Below the pieces are notes generated by a model, which saw only the letters and a list, made by a program, of their open reading frames with translations, did no database searches and was not told the origin of the DNA. Position numbers and translations under genes: made by a program. This document shows positions 49,774-58,688 of a stretch of DNA of 64,000 nt, piece by piece. This DNA is from Bacteroidales bacterium UBA4814. GTDB lineage: Bacteria; Bacteroidota; Bacteroidia; Bacteroidales; UBA7960. The stretch covers positions 71,971 through 135,970 of the forward strand of contig DHFW01000052.1 in NCBI GenBank assembly GCA_002402465.1, read 5' to 3'. Each line of letters opens with the position of its first letter. The stretch's first letter is position 1.

Positions 49774-51872
49774 TGCCAAAACACTGTTTCAACATACTAA
49801 CATTCAATCACCCAAGTGAGGAATTTACCTTCTACTTTACAGATAAAGAGCAGGAAGGAGTTACAAGGATATTCCATGCTTTAGTTCCTAAAGAGGTCAT
49901 TGAAAAGTATGGTGAACAGGAGCATTTTTACACTTCATTCGGGCAGCAGTTAGATGGTTTCTTGCCAATCAACAAATCAACCGCACCCACATTTGAAACC
50001 ATTAAAACCAAGGAAGGAATTGAAAAATCCGTTCCGGTTTCCAATTCAGCTTTTTCCTCATCCATTCTCAAGCGATACTACAACGGGCTAATTCACAATC
50101 ACTTCAAGTCCAACGGCTTCTTGGTCAAACCTAATTTTGTAAGCGATACAGAAGTATGGTTGCCAAGTGAGGTACAGGATTCAGAAGGCACATACAAAAT
50201 CTTCGACCGCTATTCCTTGAAGGTTCAATTCAAAACAGTTTCCACCAGCTTAGAGCTTTTGGTGACATTTGAAGGGAGATCCAAGATTTTCCGAACACCA
50301 GTATCAGAGCTTTTTGAAGAAGTGCCAGTAAAGGCTTTCAATTGGGTAGTTTTTGAAAAAGGATTGTACCGCTTTGATGAATTGCCTGACGAAGGAAAAA
50401 GACAATACGACAAGGTTTATCCAGTATGGAACTTTGAAATCAGGGATGCTTTGCAACAGGAAACGGAAGCACCCGACAAGACCAACAAATACAAGAAGTT
50501 CAAAACTGCCATAGATAAATTCTACAAGCAGCATCTAAATACACAGGAGTTTAAGGCAATTATTCCAATTTCATCCAATGGCTTTATTCCGGTGGAAGAA
50601 GCTCGAATAGGTACAGTAGAAAAGAGCAGTAATAAATTGATTTTCGGAAACCAGAAACCGCATCATATTCCTTACTACGGCATCACAGAACATGGCCCAT
50701 TTGAATTAAGCCCTTCTTCTAAGATTCATTTCTTCTTCATTATCCATGAAGATGATAAGCCCGTAGCAACCACCATCCACAAGTATTTCAATGGCAATCT
50801 GCAAGGCTTCAAAGGGCTGTCAAGATTCATTCATACGCCATACCACCCCGATAAGGACTTGGCAATCTATTTCACCAACAGGGAGAATCCTTGGCCTGAG
50901 TTGTATGAACAAATCAATGACAAAGACTTTGACCCGGACGTTCAGCATTTAGCCATTTACATAAGCCCCATTAGCAAGAATGTTTCAGACAAATCCCGAA
51001 GGATGGTCTATTACAAGCTAAAAGAACTCTTGCTCAAAAAAGGTGTTTCCTCTCAGGTGATTGACCCTGAGAAGGTAATTACCAACGACAAGTATCATTT
51101 CAGCTTGCCAAACATTGCTATTGCCATACTCGCAAAGCTCAATGGCACTCCTTGGCGTTTAGACACAAAGCTGAAGAATGAATTGATTGTTGGTGTAGGA
51201 GCATTCAAACATTCGGAAGTAGATGTGCAATATATCGGTAGTGCTTTCAGTTTTTCCAATACAGGAAAATTCAACCGCTTTGAATGTTTTCAGAAAGACC
51301 AAACAAAAGAGTTGGCAGGCTCAATCCTAAGAGCAGTTAAAGACTATGTGAATGTAAATTCAGGAATCCGAAGGCTTGTAATTCACTTCTACAAGGACAT
51401 GAGTAGAGAGGAAGTAGAACCGATTGAAAACGGCCTGAAAGAATTAGAATTGAATATTCCGGTCTTTATCGTCACCATCAACAAAACGGAATCCTCCGAT
51501 ATTGTTGCTTTTGATTTGGACTGGAAAGATTTGATGCCTGTAAGTGGCACATTCATCAAATTAGGCTACAACAGGTTTCTACTGTTTAACAATACCAGGT
51601 ATTCCGCATCAGAGTTCAATTTCAATGATGGATTTTCATTTCCGGTAAAGCTCAAAATTAATTGCTCCAATCCTGAATTGGTGGATGATTACAAAACAGT
51701 CAAAGAGCTTATCGATCAAGTGTATCAATTCAGTCGCATGTACTGGAAATCAGTAAGACAACAAAATTTGCCCGTAACAATCAAGTACCCTGAAATGGTG
51801 GCAGAAATGCTCCCCTACTTTGAAGGCAACGAGATTCCTGATTACGGAAAAGACAATCTTTGGTTTTTATGA
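49773..51872 (+). CDS. prokaryotic Argonaute (MID-PIWI, long-type, predicted catalytically inactive)
   Basis: MID pocket Y413-x3-K417...Q428...K455 (VYYKLKELLLKKGVSSQVI...IAILAKLNGTPW). The PIWI block ELIVGVGAFKH has G476 (gga 51198-51200) where the first catalytic Asp belongs. C-terminal LPVTIKYPEMVAEM. Confidence 0.8.
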   Translation: MPKHCFNILTFNHPSEEFTFYFTDKEQEGVTRIFHALVPKEVIEKYGEQEHFYTSFGQQLDGFLPINKSTAPTFETIKTKEGIEKSVPVSNSAFSSSILKRYYNGLIHNHFKSNGFLVKPNFVSDTEVWLPSEVQDSEGTYKIFDRYSLKVQFKTVSTSLELLVTFEGRSKIFRTPVSELFEEVPVKAFNWVVFEKGLYRFDELPDEGKRQYDKVYPVWNFEIRDALQQETEAPDKTNKYKKFKTAIDKFYKQHLNTQEFKAIIPISSNGFIPVEEARIGTVEKSSNKLIFGNQKPHHIPYYGITEHGPFELSPSSKIHFFFIIHEDDKPVATTIHKYFNGNLQGFKGLSRFIHTPYHPDKDLAIYFTNRENPWPELYEQINDKDFDPDVQHLAIYISPISKNVSDKSRRMVYYKLKELLLKKGVSSQVIDPEKVITNDKYHFSLPNIAIAILAKLNGTPWRLDTKLKNELIVGVGAFKHSEVDVQYIGSAFSFSNTGKFNRFECFQKDQTKELAGSILRAVKDYVNVNSGIRRLVIHFYKDMSREEVEPIENGLKELELNIPVFIVTINKTESSDIVAFDLDWKDLMPVSGTFIKLGYNRFLLFNNTRYSASEFNFNDGFSFPVKLKINCSNPELVDDYKTVKELIDQVYQFSRMYWKSVRQQNLPVTIKYPEMVAEMLPYFEGNEIPDYGKDNLWFL

Positions 51873-52279
51873 ACACCTCACTAGAAGAAAAACTTAGAAA
51901 GAAATCCATTAAACCAACGGCCATGCGCCTTTTGGTTTTACAATGCTTAATGGAGCAAAACCGTGCATTAAGTTTGAATGAACTAGAAGTGCTTTTCGAA
52001 AATGCTGATAAGTCAACCATATTCAGGACGCTCAAAACATTTCAAGAAAACTACTTGGTACACAGAATCAATGACGGTAGTGGAGCAATCAAATATGCCC
52101 TTTGTGATGATGACTGTATTTGCAGTTTGGAAGATAACCACATTCATTTCTTGTGTACTAAATGCGAAAAAACCTATTGCCTAAAGGATACCCCTATCAC
52201 AACTCCGAATTTACCAAATGGATTTAGAGCAAACTTTGCCAATTACCTGATTGAAGGCATCTGCTCTGCTTGTTCTTAG
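51869..52279 (+). CDS. Fur-family metalloregulator
   Basis: RLLVLQCL...STIFRTLKTFQENYLVHRI winged helix and CxxC pairs (CTKCEK, CSAC). ATG 51869 overlaps the pAgo TGA as ATGA. Confidence 0.75.
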   Translation: MNTSLEEKLRKKSIKPTAMRLLVLQCLMEQNRALSLNELEVLFENADKSTIFRTLKTFQENYLVHRINDGSGAIKYALCDDDCICSLEDNHIHFLCTKCEKTYCLKDTPITTPNLPNGFRANFANYLIEGICSACS

Positions 52280-52340
52280 AACTTTGCAATGGCATTGCAC
52301 TCCTTAATTACTTGCTTTGTGTTCGAATTAAAACTTGAAC

Positions 52341-54509
52341 ATGAAGCACACATTTCTATTTCTATTCATTCTACTAAGCGTTTCGGCTGTCGCACAAAAC
52401 AGCATTTACTTTCAGGTTAATGATGATGAAGGTGAAAGCCTCATTGGAGCAACTATTGTTATTGAGGGTACGACAAATGGTGGTACAACAGACATAGATG
52501 GTAAGTATCATTTTCAAAATATTCCCAACGGCTCAATCAACTTTGTCATAAGCTATGTAGGGTATGAACCGCAATCCAAAACACTCCTTTTTCCTGAATC
52601 AGATGGTAAAACGATTGTTATTGTCATGGAATCCGGTGAAGAGCTTGAAGAAGTAATTGTTTCTGCTACACGTTCTTCAAGAACAATAGAGACCATTCCA
52701 ACACGGATAGAAGCTGTAACTCTAGAAGAACTTGGAGAGAAAGCCGCAATGAACTCAAGTAACATAAGCATGGTACTTAGAGAGTCTCCAGGTATAATGA
52801 TGCAACAAACCTCTTTGAGTTCAGGAAACATGAACATACGTATTCAGGGACTTGACGGTAGATATACCCAAATGCTCCGTGATGGAGCACCGATATATGG
52901 CGGCTTTGCAGGTGGGCTATCAATCTTACAGATCCCGCCACTTGACTTAAAGCAGTTTGAAATCATTAAAGGTGGAAATTCAACACTCTACGGGGGTGGA
53001 GCCATTGCAGGTATCGTAAACTTGGTTTCCAAAACCCCAGAAGAAGAACCTGAACTTACCATAATGATTGACCAAACAAGCGCATTGGGAACTACAGGAA
53101 ATATCTTCTATGCCCAGAAGTATGGAAAGTTGGGACTAACCATGTATGGGTCGGGAAACAATCAAATAGCGTACGATCCAGATGATGATGGTTTCTCGAA
53201 CATGCCTCAATCACAGTCTCTCACTCTAAATCCACGATTATTTTATTATCCCAACAACAACACAGAAGTTTCGCTTGGTGTAGGTGCAACCCTTGATGAA
53301 AGAACAGGTGGAGATATGAAAGTGATTGACGGCAATCCCGAGATAGAAAATGTCTTTACGGAGGTAAATAAATCCGAAAGGTATAATTCTCAATTTCTTT
53401 TGAAGAACCGGAAAGATAACCGTGAGATAATATTAAAAAACAATATTAGCCTGTTCAACCGTGAATTAACTATTCCCGATTATCTATTTGACGGACAGCA
53501 GCTATCCAGTTTTTCAGAAGCATTTCTAAAACTGGACAAATCAGATGAAAATGAATGGCACTTAGGAGTGAATCATTATTACGAATCTTTTACAGACAAC
53601 AATCCTGATAGCCTTGGCGCTCAGGATTACACATTCAATACGTTTGGTGCTTTTATTCAGAACACCAGGAACTTAGGTGAAAGGTTTGTTTTTGAAGGTG
53701 GTTTGCGTACAGATTACAACATTGAGCATGGCCCTTTTGTGCTGCCAAGACTTGCTCTACTTTACAAGCACAGTAATAAGTTTTCTTCAAGGATAAGCGG
53801 TGCAATGGGTTATAAACTTCCAACGCTATTTACAGAAGATGCGGAGCGTATTTTTTATAGAGATATAGCACCGATTAGCACAAGTTCACTCAATCCCGAA
53901 ACCTCCATTGGTGGGAATATTGACTTCAACTATAAAACTATTGTACTAGACAAATTCACTTTTGCCATTAACCAACTCTTCTTTTTCACGCAGCTCAACC
54001 AAGCATTAGTCCTAAGAGAAGATGTACCAAGCAGCACATACTTTTATGAAAATGCCGATGGCCCAATTCAAAGTTCAGGCTTTGAAACTTCGATTAGAAC
54101 CACATACGAAGACTTTAAATTATTTATGTATTACACCTATACCAACACAGAACTGAAATACGACAATATAAATAAGCAGCAGCCCTTAACCCCTGAGAGT
54201 ATGGCAGGTTTCATTCTGATGTATGAATTAGAAGACAATTGGTCAGTTGGCTACGAACTCTACTACACAGGTCGGCAATTTGATAACAGCTTTGATCAAA
54301 AATCGGACTATTGGACAATGGGTTTTATGGTGATGAAACACTTTGAACACATTACCTTATTTGCCAACTTCGAGAATTTCACCAATACAATGCAAACCAA
54401 TTTTGAGCCACTTGTAAATGCTCCAATTTCGAATCCAACCTTTAATGATATATGGGCACCCACTCCAGGCTTTGTATTTAATGGTGGTGTGAAGATTAAC
54501 ATTTTCTAA
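52341..54509 (+). CDS. TonB-dependent receptor
   Basis: Signal peptide, CarbopepD_reg-like N-domain, plug (TIPTRIEAVT...) and a C-terminal beta-barrel ending in F. Confidence 0.85.
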   Translation: MKHTFLFLFILLSVSAVAQNSIYFQVNDDEGESLIGATIVIEGTTNGGTTDIDGKYHFQNIPNGSINFVISYVGYEPQSKTLLFPESDGKTIVIVMESGEELEEVIVSATRSSRTIETIPTRIEAVTLEELGEKAAMNSSNISMVLRESPGIMMQQTSLSSGNMNIRIQGLDGRYTQMLRDGAPIYGGFAGGLSILQIPPLDLKQFEIIKGGNSTLYGGGAIAGIVNLVSKTPEEEPELTIMIDQTSALGTTGNIFYAQKYGKLGLTMYGSGNNQIAYDPDDDGFSNMPQSQSLTLNPRLFYYPNNNTEVSLGVGATLDERTGGDMKVIDGNPEIENVFTEVNKSERYNSQFLLKNRKDNREIILKNNISLFNRELTIPDYLFDGQQLSSFSEAFLKLDKSDENEWHLGVNHYYESFTDNNPDSLGAQDYTFNTFGAFIQNTRNLGERFVFEGGLRTDYNIEHGPFVLPRLALLYKHSNKFSSRISGAMGYKLPTLFTEDAERIFYRDIAPISTSSLNPETSIGGNIDFNYKTIVLDKFTFAINQLFFFTQLNQALVLREDVPSSTYFYENADGPIQSSGFETSIRTTYEDFKLFMYYTYTNTELKYDNINKQQPLTPESMAGFILMYELEDNWSVGYELYYTGRQFDNSFDQKSDYWTMGFMVMKHFEHITLFANFENFTNTMQTNFEPLVNAPISNPTFNDIWAPTPGFVFNGGVKINIF

Positions 54510-54512
54510 ACC

Positions 54513-55112
54513 ATGGACTTTTACCAAATCATAACTCCAATTATCACCGTTGCGTATTTGCTCATAGTCTTTGTGTTTCGATCCATCATAGTGTGGCGGC
54601 AATCGGGTGTTAATCCTTTTGTTTTCAGTTCAACCGAGAATGCACATGACTACCTCGGTTTCATTTACAAAATGGCTGTTCTTTTTATGGCTATAACTAT
54701 TGTCTGCTACTCCTACCTACCAGCTGTTTATCAGTTTTTGAATCCTATTCCTTTTTTATTGCGGGACTCAATACAAATGGTCGGTGTAGCCCTATTGCTA
54801 ATCTCATTTCTTTGGACATTAATCGCTCAAGTTCAAATGTCAGATTCTTGGCGTATTGGAATAGACTATGACGAAAAGACTGAATTAGTAGTTAAAGGGA
54901 TATTTGCTATCTCAAGAAATCCAGTATTCCTAGGCGTAGTGGTATTTTACATTGGCATTTTCCTCATTCTTCCAAACACCCTGAGCTTTACATTGGTACT
55001 AGTGATGTTCATAACCGTACAAGTCCAAGTAAGATTAGAAGAAGTGTACCTACTTGAAACACATGGTGAAGCATATCAAGCATATAAAAACAGTGTGAGA
55101 CGATGGATTTGA
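54513..55112 (+). CDS. isoprenylcysteine carboxyl methyltransferase (ICMT/PEMT)-family membrane protein
   Basis: Polytopic membrane protein with GIFAISRNPVFLGVV...EE..LL..HGEAYQAY motifs. Confidence 0.7.
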   Translation: MDFYQIITPIITVAYLLIVFVFRSIIVWRQSGVNPFVFSSTENAHDYLGFIYKMAVLFMAITIVCYSYLPAVYQFLNPIPFLLRDSIQMVGVALLLISFLWTLIAQVQMSDSWRIGIDYDEKTELVVKGIFAISRNPVFLGVVVFYIGIFLILPNTLSFTLVLVMFITVQVQVRLEEVYLLETHGEAYQAYKNSVRRWI

Positions 55113-55909
55113 TGCAAAAAGCAATATTTCATATTTCAAAAATGGACTGCCCTTCGGAAGAGCAAATGATTCGTATGAAGCTAGCCGACTATGATTCCAT
55201 ACAGCAACTTGATTTTGACATTCAAGACAGAAAACTAACTGTAATGCACCTTGGCAATTCATCTGAAATATTGAATCTACTAGAAGAGCTGAAATTGGAT
55301 ACAAAGTTGGTTTCCGAATCAAAAACGACAGAGTCAATAAACTACTCTACAGACTCCAAAAAAGAGCGAAAACTACTATGGGCAGTACTACTGATTAATT
55401 TCTCATTTTTTGTAATTGAGATACTCTTTGGTTGGATTTCAAAGTCAATGGGGTTAGTGGCTGATTCATTAGATATGTTGGCTGATTCTATTGTGTACGC
55501 ACTCAGTTTAATGGCAGTGGGGCAATCTGCTATCCGCAAAAAGAACGTTGCGAAATGGAGTGGATATTTTCAATTACTCCTAGCCCTAATAGGATTAGTT
55601 GAAGTGATAAGACGTTTTATAGGTTCAGAAGAAATGCCTGTATTTCAAACCATGATTGTAATCTCTATTCTTGCCTTAATAGCCAATGGTCTATCGCTAT
55701 ACCTTATTCAAAAATCCAAAAGCAAAGAAGCCCACATGCAGGCTTCAGCGATTTTTACTTCCAATGATATTATCATAAATATTGGAGTAATTATAGCAGG
55801 CACACTTGTCTATTTTACCAGCAGTCAGATTCCTGACCTTGCAATTGGTTCAATAGTTTTTTTGATAGTCATTCGGGGTGCTTTCCGAATACTTAAATTA
55901 GCAAAGTAA
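55103..55909 (+). CDS. cation diffusion facilitator-type metal transporter with N-terminal metal-binding-like segment
   Basis: FHISKMDCPSEEQMIRMKL, then transmembrane helices with SLDMLADS-type motifs. Confidence 0.7.
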   Translation: MDLMQKAIFHISKMDCPSEEQMIRMKLADYDSIQQLDFDIQDRKLTVMHLGNSSEILNLLEELKLDTKLVSESKTTESINYSTDSKKERKLLWAVLLINFSFFVIEILFGWISKSMGLVADSLDMLADSIVYALSLMAVGQSAIRKKNVAKWSGYFQLLLALIGLVEVIRRFIGSEEMPVFQTMIVISILALIANGLSLYLIQKSKSKEAHMQASAIFTSNDIIINIGVIIAGTLVYFTSSQIPDLAIGSIVFLIVIRGAFRILKLAK

Positions 55910-56900
55910 TCCCTCCCACGGCCATGTGCCTGCGGTAGGTGCATTTCATTCGTTCCTCATTCCATTTACCAACCTTCAGCACCGCACAGCAAGAGTAGCC
56001 CGTTATTCCATTCCGCTGCGCTACATTCCATACCGTGCCACACTTGCTTTCCCCAACGCACCCCCCAACGCAGGTAAAGCGGTGTTCGTCAGTCGTTCCG
56101 TTTTGTTCCGCAAAAACATATCTGCAAGGGTAAAATGCACTCCCTTCGGTCGCCCTTGCATATACCGTTCACTTACCAGTTCGTTTGCGCTCCAGTGGGT
56201 GCTCACTCACTGCCGTTCACTTGTTTTGCTTCACACACTCTCTCCCTCCTCACTCGCAGCTATTTCATCCCCCCAAACCCCTTCTAAGGTGTTCGCTACA
56301 CTCACAATATTTTTTATTGGGGGTCTGCCGCTGCTTATTGTTTTTGCTCGCCTGCGGGTCGCTGCGGGCTGATCGGGCTGTCATGTTTTTTGCTTTCCCC
56401 AATGTGCTTTCAGTCGCTTCGTTTCAGTCAATCGTTCCTCATTCCTTCAACTCAGCCCCTTTCAGCACCGCTCACAAGAGTAGCTCTTTCACTTCACTAC
56501 ACGAGCCAACGCACCGTCATTCCGCAATCTGCCTGCAATCCTCCTCCAAAGGGTTTGTACTCCAATCAAAAAATACAAACCCTACCAAAGCTATTGCAGG
56601 CAGTTATTGCTCCATTCCTTTCCAACAATCGTTTCGTTCCGTTCAGTCGCTACCCTTGCCTTTGCCGACCCTGATGCAAAAAAACACGCCAGCCCTGCCG
56701 TAAACGGTAGGCGTCTGCCGCTCTCATTCTTCGGGCTTTTGCAGCCACCACCCTTGCTCCGCTCGCAGGCGGCTCGCAGAAATGGCTTCGCCTTGGTTTA
56801 CCTGCGTTCACTCAGCTTTCGCAATCAAGCTTATCTCCGATTGATATATTTAAGTATTTGCTTAAATATTAAACTCTTTTTCCTTTCTTTGTATTTATTT
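55910..56900. other. ~1-kb pyrimidine-rich (plus strand) non-coding block with internal imperfect direct repeats
   Basis: Four overlapping low-complexity ORFs occupy all three plus frames and almost none the minus strand. Repeats: cgttcctcattcc (55951/56433), ttcagcaccgc-cac-aagagtagc (55975/56461) and gtctgccgct (56323/56713). Confidence 0.6.
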
Positions 56901-56926
56901 AAGTAATCTCTTAAATACGATTCTAT

Positions 56927-57295
56927 ATGACGGAAACTTGTATTAGGGTTTATGCTGATGAACAACAGATCAAACAGTGTAAGACAGCCATTGAAACAGT
57001 AGAGAATACAATAAACCAAATAGCAAGAACACTTAATCTTGCTGGTAATGAAGTACGCCTAAAGATTCTGTTTCTATTGGAAAAGGAATCCAAAATGTGT
57101 CCATGTGATCTTAGCGATATTCTGGGCATGACAGTTCCTGCTATTTCTCAGCATTTGAGGAAGCTAAAAGATGCAGGTCTGGTTGAAACAAACAAAGTAG
57201 GTCAAACAATATTCTACTCTATTTCCGAATCCAACAACCTCATTCTGAATCCAATATTTGGGCTATTAACACCAGAAAAAGAATCAGCATTATGA
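56927..57295 (+). CDS. ArsR/SmtB-family metalloregulator
   Basis: LAGNEVRLKILFLLEKESKMCPCDLSDILGMTVPAISQHLRKLKDAGLV. Confidence 0.85.
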   Translation: MTETCIRVYADEQQIKQCKTAIETVENTINQIARTLNLAGNEVRLKILFLLEKESKMCPCDLSDILGMTVPAISQHLRKLKDAGLVETNKVGQTIFYSISESNNLILNPIFGLLTPEKESAL

Positions 57296-57900
57296 AAAAC
57301 AAGAAATCAAGCTCATTAGTAATTACAAGCGTATTGACGGCTATTAGTGCATCGCTTTGTTGCATTACACCAGTGTTGGCACTACTTGCAGGTTCAAGTG
57401 GAGTAGCTGCAACATTTTCTTGGTTAGAACCTTTTCGCCCTTGGTTGATTGGAATAACTGTAGTCGTTTTATCATTTGCATGGTATCAGAAATTGAGGCC
57501 AAGAACGGAGGAAGAAATTGCCTGCGTTTGTGATGAAGAAAAGCCCTCTTTTTGGCAGTCAAAGAAATTCCTTGGTATAGTGACGGTATTTGCAGTGATC
57601 ATGCTTGCATTCCCTTTTTACTCAGATACTTTTTATCCCGAAACCAAACTATCAGAATCAGAAAATGTCAATCTCGAATCAACATACGAAATCAATATTA
57701 CTGGAATGACTTGTACCGGATGCGAAGAACATGTTAAACTTGAAATTGGTAAACTTCCAGGTATTTCAGGTTTAGAGGTTTCTTATGAAAACGCTAATGC
57801 AGTGGTAACGTTTGATGAATCTAAAACAGACATTGAGCAAGTAAAATCAGCAGTTAACAAAACAGGTTACAAAGTAGAATCGGTAAACAAATCAAAATGA
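57292..57900 (+). CDS. MerT/MerP-like fusion (mercury/heavy-metal transport protein MerTP)
   Basis: Transmembrane CC pair (SASLCCITPV) and a C-terminal HMA domain (GMTCTGCEEHV). Confidence 0.75.
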   Translation: MKNKKSSSLVITSVLTAISASLCCITPVLALLAGSSGVAATFSWLEPFRPWLIGITVVVLSFAWYQKLRPRTEEEIACVCDEEKPSFWQSKKFLGIVTVFAVIMLAFPFYSDTFYPETKLSESENVNLESTYEINITGMTCTGCEEHVKLEIGKLPGISGLEVSYENANAVVTFDESKTDIEQVKSAVNKTGYKVESVNKSK

Positions 57901-58115
57901 GTGAAGTAGTCCTTAAATCAACAATTACTTGTCCTAAATGTGGACATGAGAAAGAAGAAACCATGCCTACAGATGCGTGTCAGTATTTCTATGAGTGCGA
58001 AAATTGTAAGGAGATACTTAAACCGTTACAAGGTGATTGTTGCGTTTACTGCTCTTATGGTACAGTGGCTTGCCCACCAATCCAAGAAGGTGGTAACAGT
58101 TCATGCTGTAGGTAA
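57897..58115 (+). CDS. GDCCVxC-domain metal-binding protein
   Basis: CPKCGH...CENCKEILKPLQGDCCVYCSYG. Confidence 0.75.
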   Translation: MSEVVLKSTITCPKCGHEKEETMPTDACQYFYECENCKEILKPLQGDCCVYCSYGTVACPPIQEGGNSSCCR

Positions 58116-58200
58116 ATCAGATAATAAATAACTCAAACATAAAGCAAAGTTACAGGCGTGCGGATGCGAGAGCTGCAAGGGTTCGCTTCGCCTGTTTGGT

Positions 58201-58236
58201 AAAAAAATCTCCACCCTACGGGTAGTATTTTTTTCC
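58201..58236. repeat. A-tract / short hairpin / T-tract element, copy 1
   Basis: aaaaaaatctccaccctacgggtagtatttttttcc. Confidence 0.7.
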
Positions 58237-58563
58237 CACAGCCCTTGCTGCAATCGCTCCGTCCTGTATTGACAGGGCATTATGTTTAAGTTATTATTCA
58301 GAGTCCGTTTCGGCAGCCGGTGGTTGTTGGCGGGCGTTCGCACCTCAGGTCGTCCGTTCCATGCAGGCGTCCAGCGTTTCGGTATCACTGATTATACGCT
58401 GCGTGTCTTTTGGTTCGAGTTGTGCCTTTCAGAGCTTCCTTTTTAGGGGGCTCTTTTTTTTACTCGTTAAGGGAAAATTTTAAAAAGAGAAAAGCAAAGA
58501 TAGGCGGGCTCGCACATGCCCACCGCACTTTCGGACAGTCAAGGTCAAGCCCTACGGGTTTTG

Positions 58564-58598
58564 AAAAAAATCTCCACCCTTCGGGTAGTATTTTTTCC
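58564..58598. repeat. A-tract / short hairpin / T-tract element, copy 2
   Basis: aaaaaaatctccacccttcgggtagtattttttcc. It differs from copy 1 only in the hairpin loop (tac versus ttc) and the T-run length. Confidence 0.7.
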
Positions 58599-58688
58599 AA
58601 AAACCTTGACAGCCGAGCCTCACCCGCCTGAAAGACAGCTTTCTCTTTTCTTTTTTTCCCTTTTTTCTTTTCTCTTTTGAAAAAATAT

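Noticed and set aside
49773-51872. The pAgo as an active slicer nuclease.
   Set aside because: Gly (G476) occupies the first catalytic Asp position and the RDG-type strand is altered. This still needs confirmation by proper alignment.
55926-56906. Four overlapping plus-strand ORFs of 94-172 aa (55926..56372, 56185..56703, 56390..56674, 56607..56906).
   Set aside because: They overlap one another in all three frames. They are S/L/P/F/C/R-rich and low-complexity, and arise simply because the strand is A/G-poor and so has few stop codons. I treat the region as non-coding.
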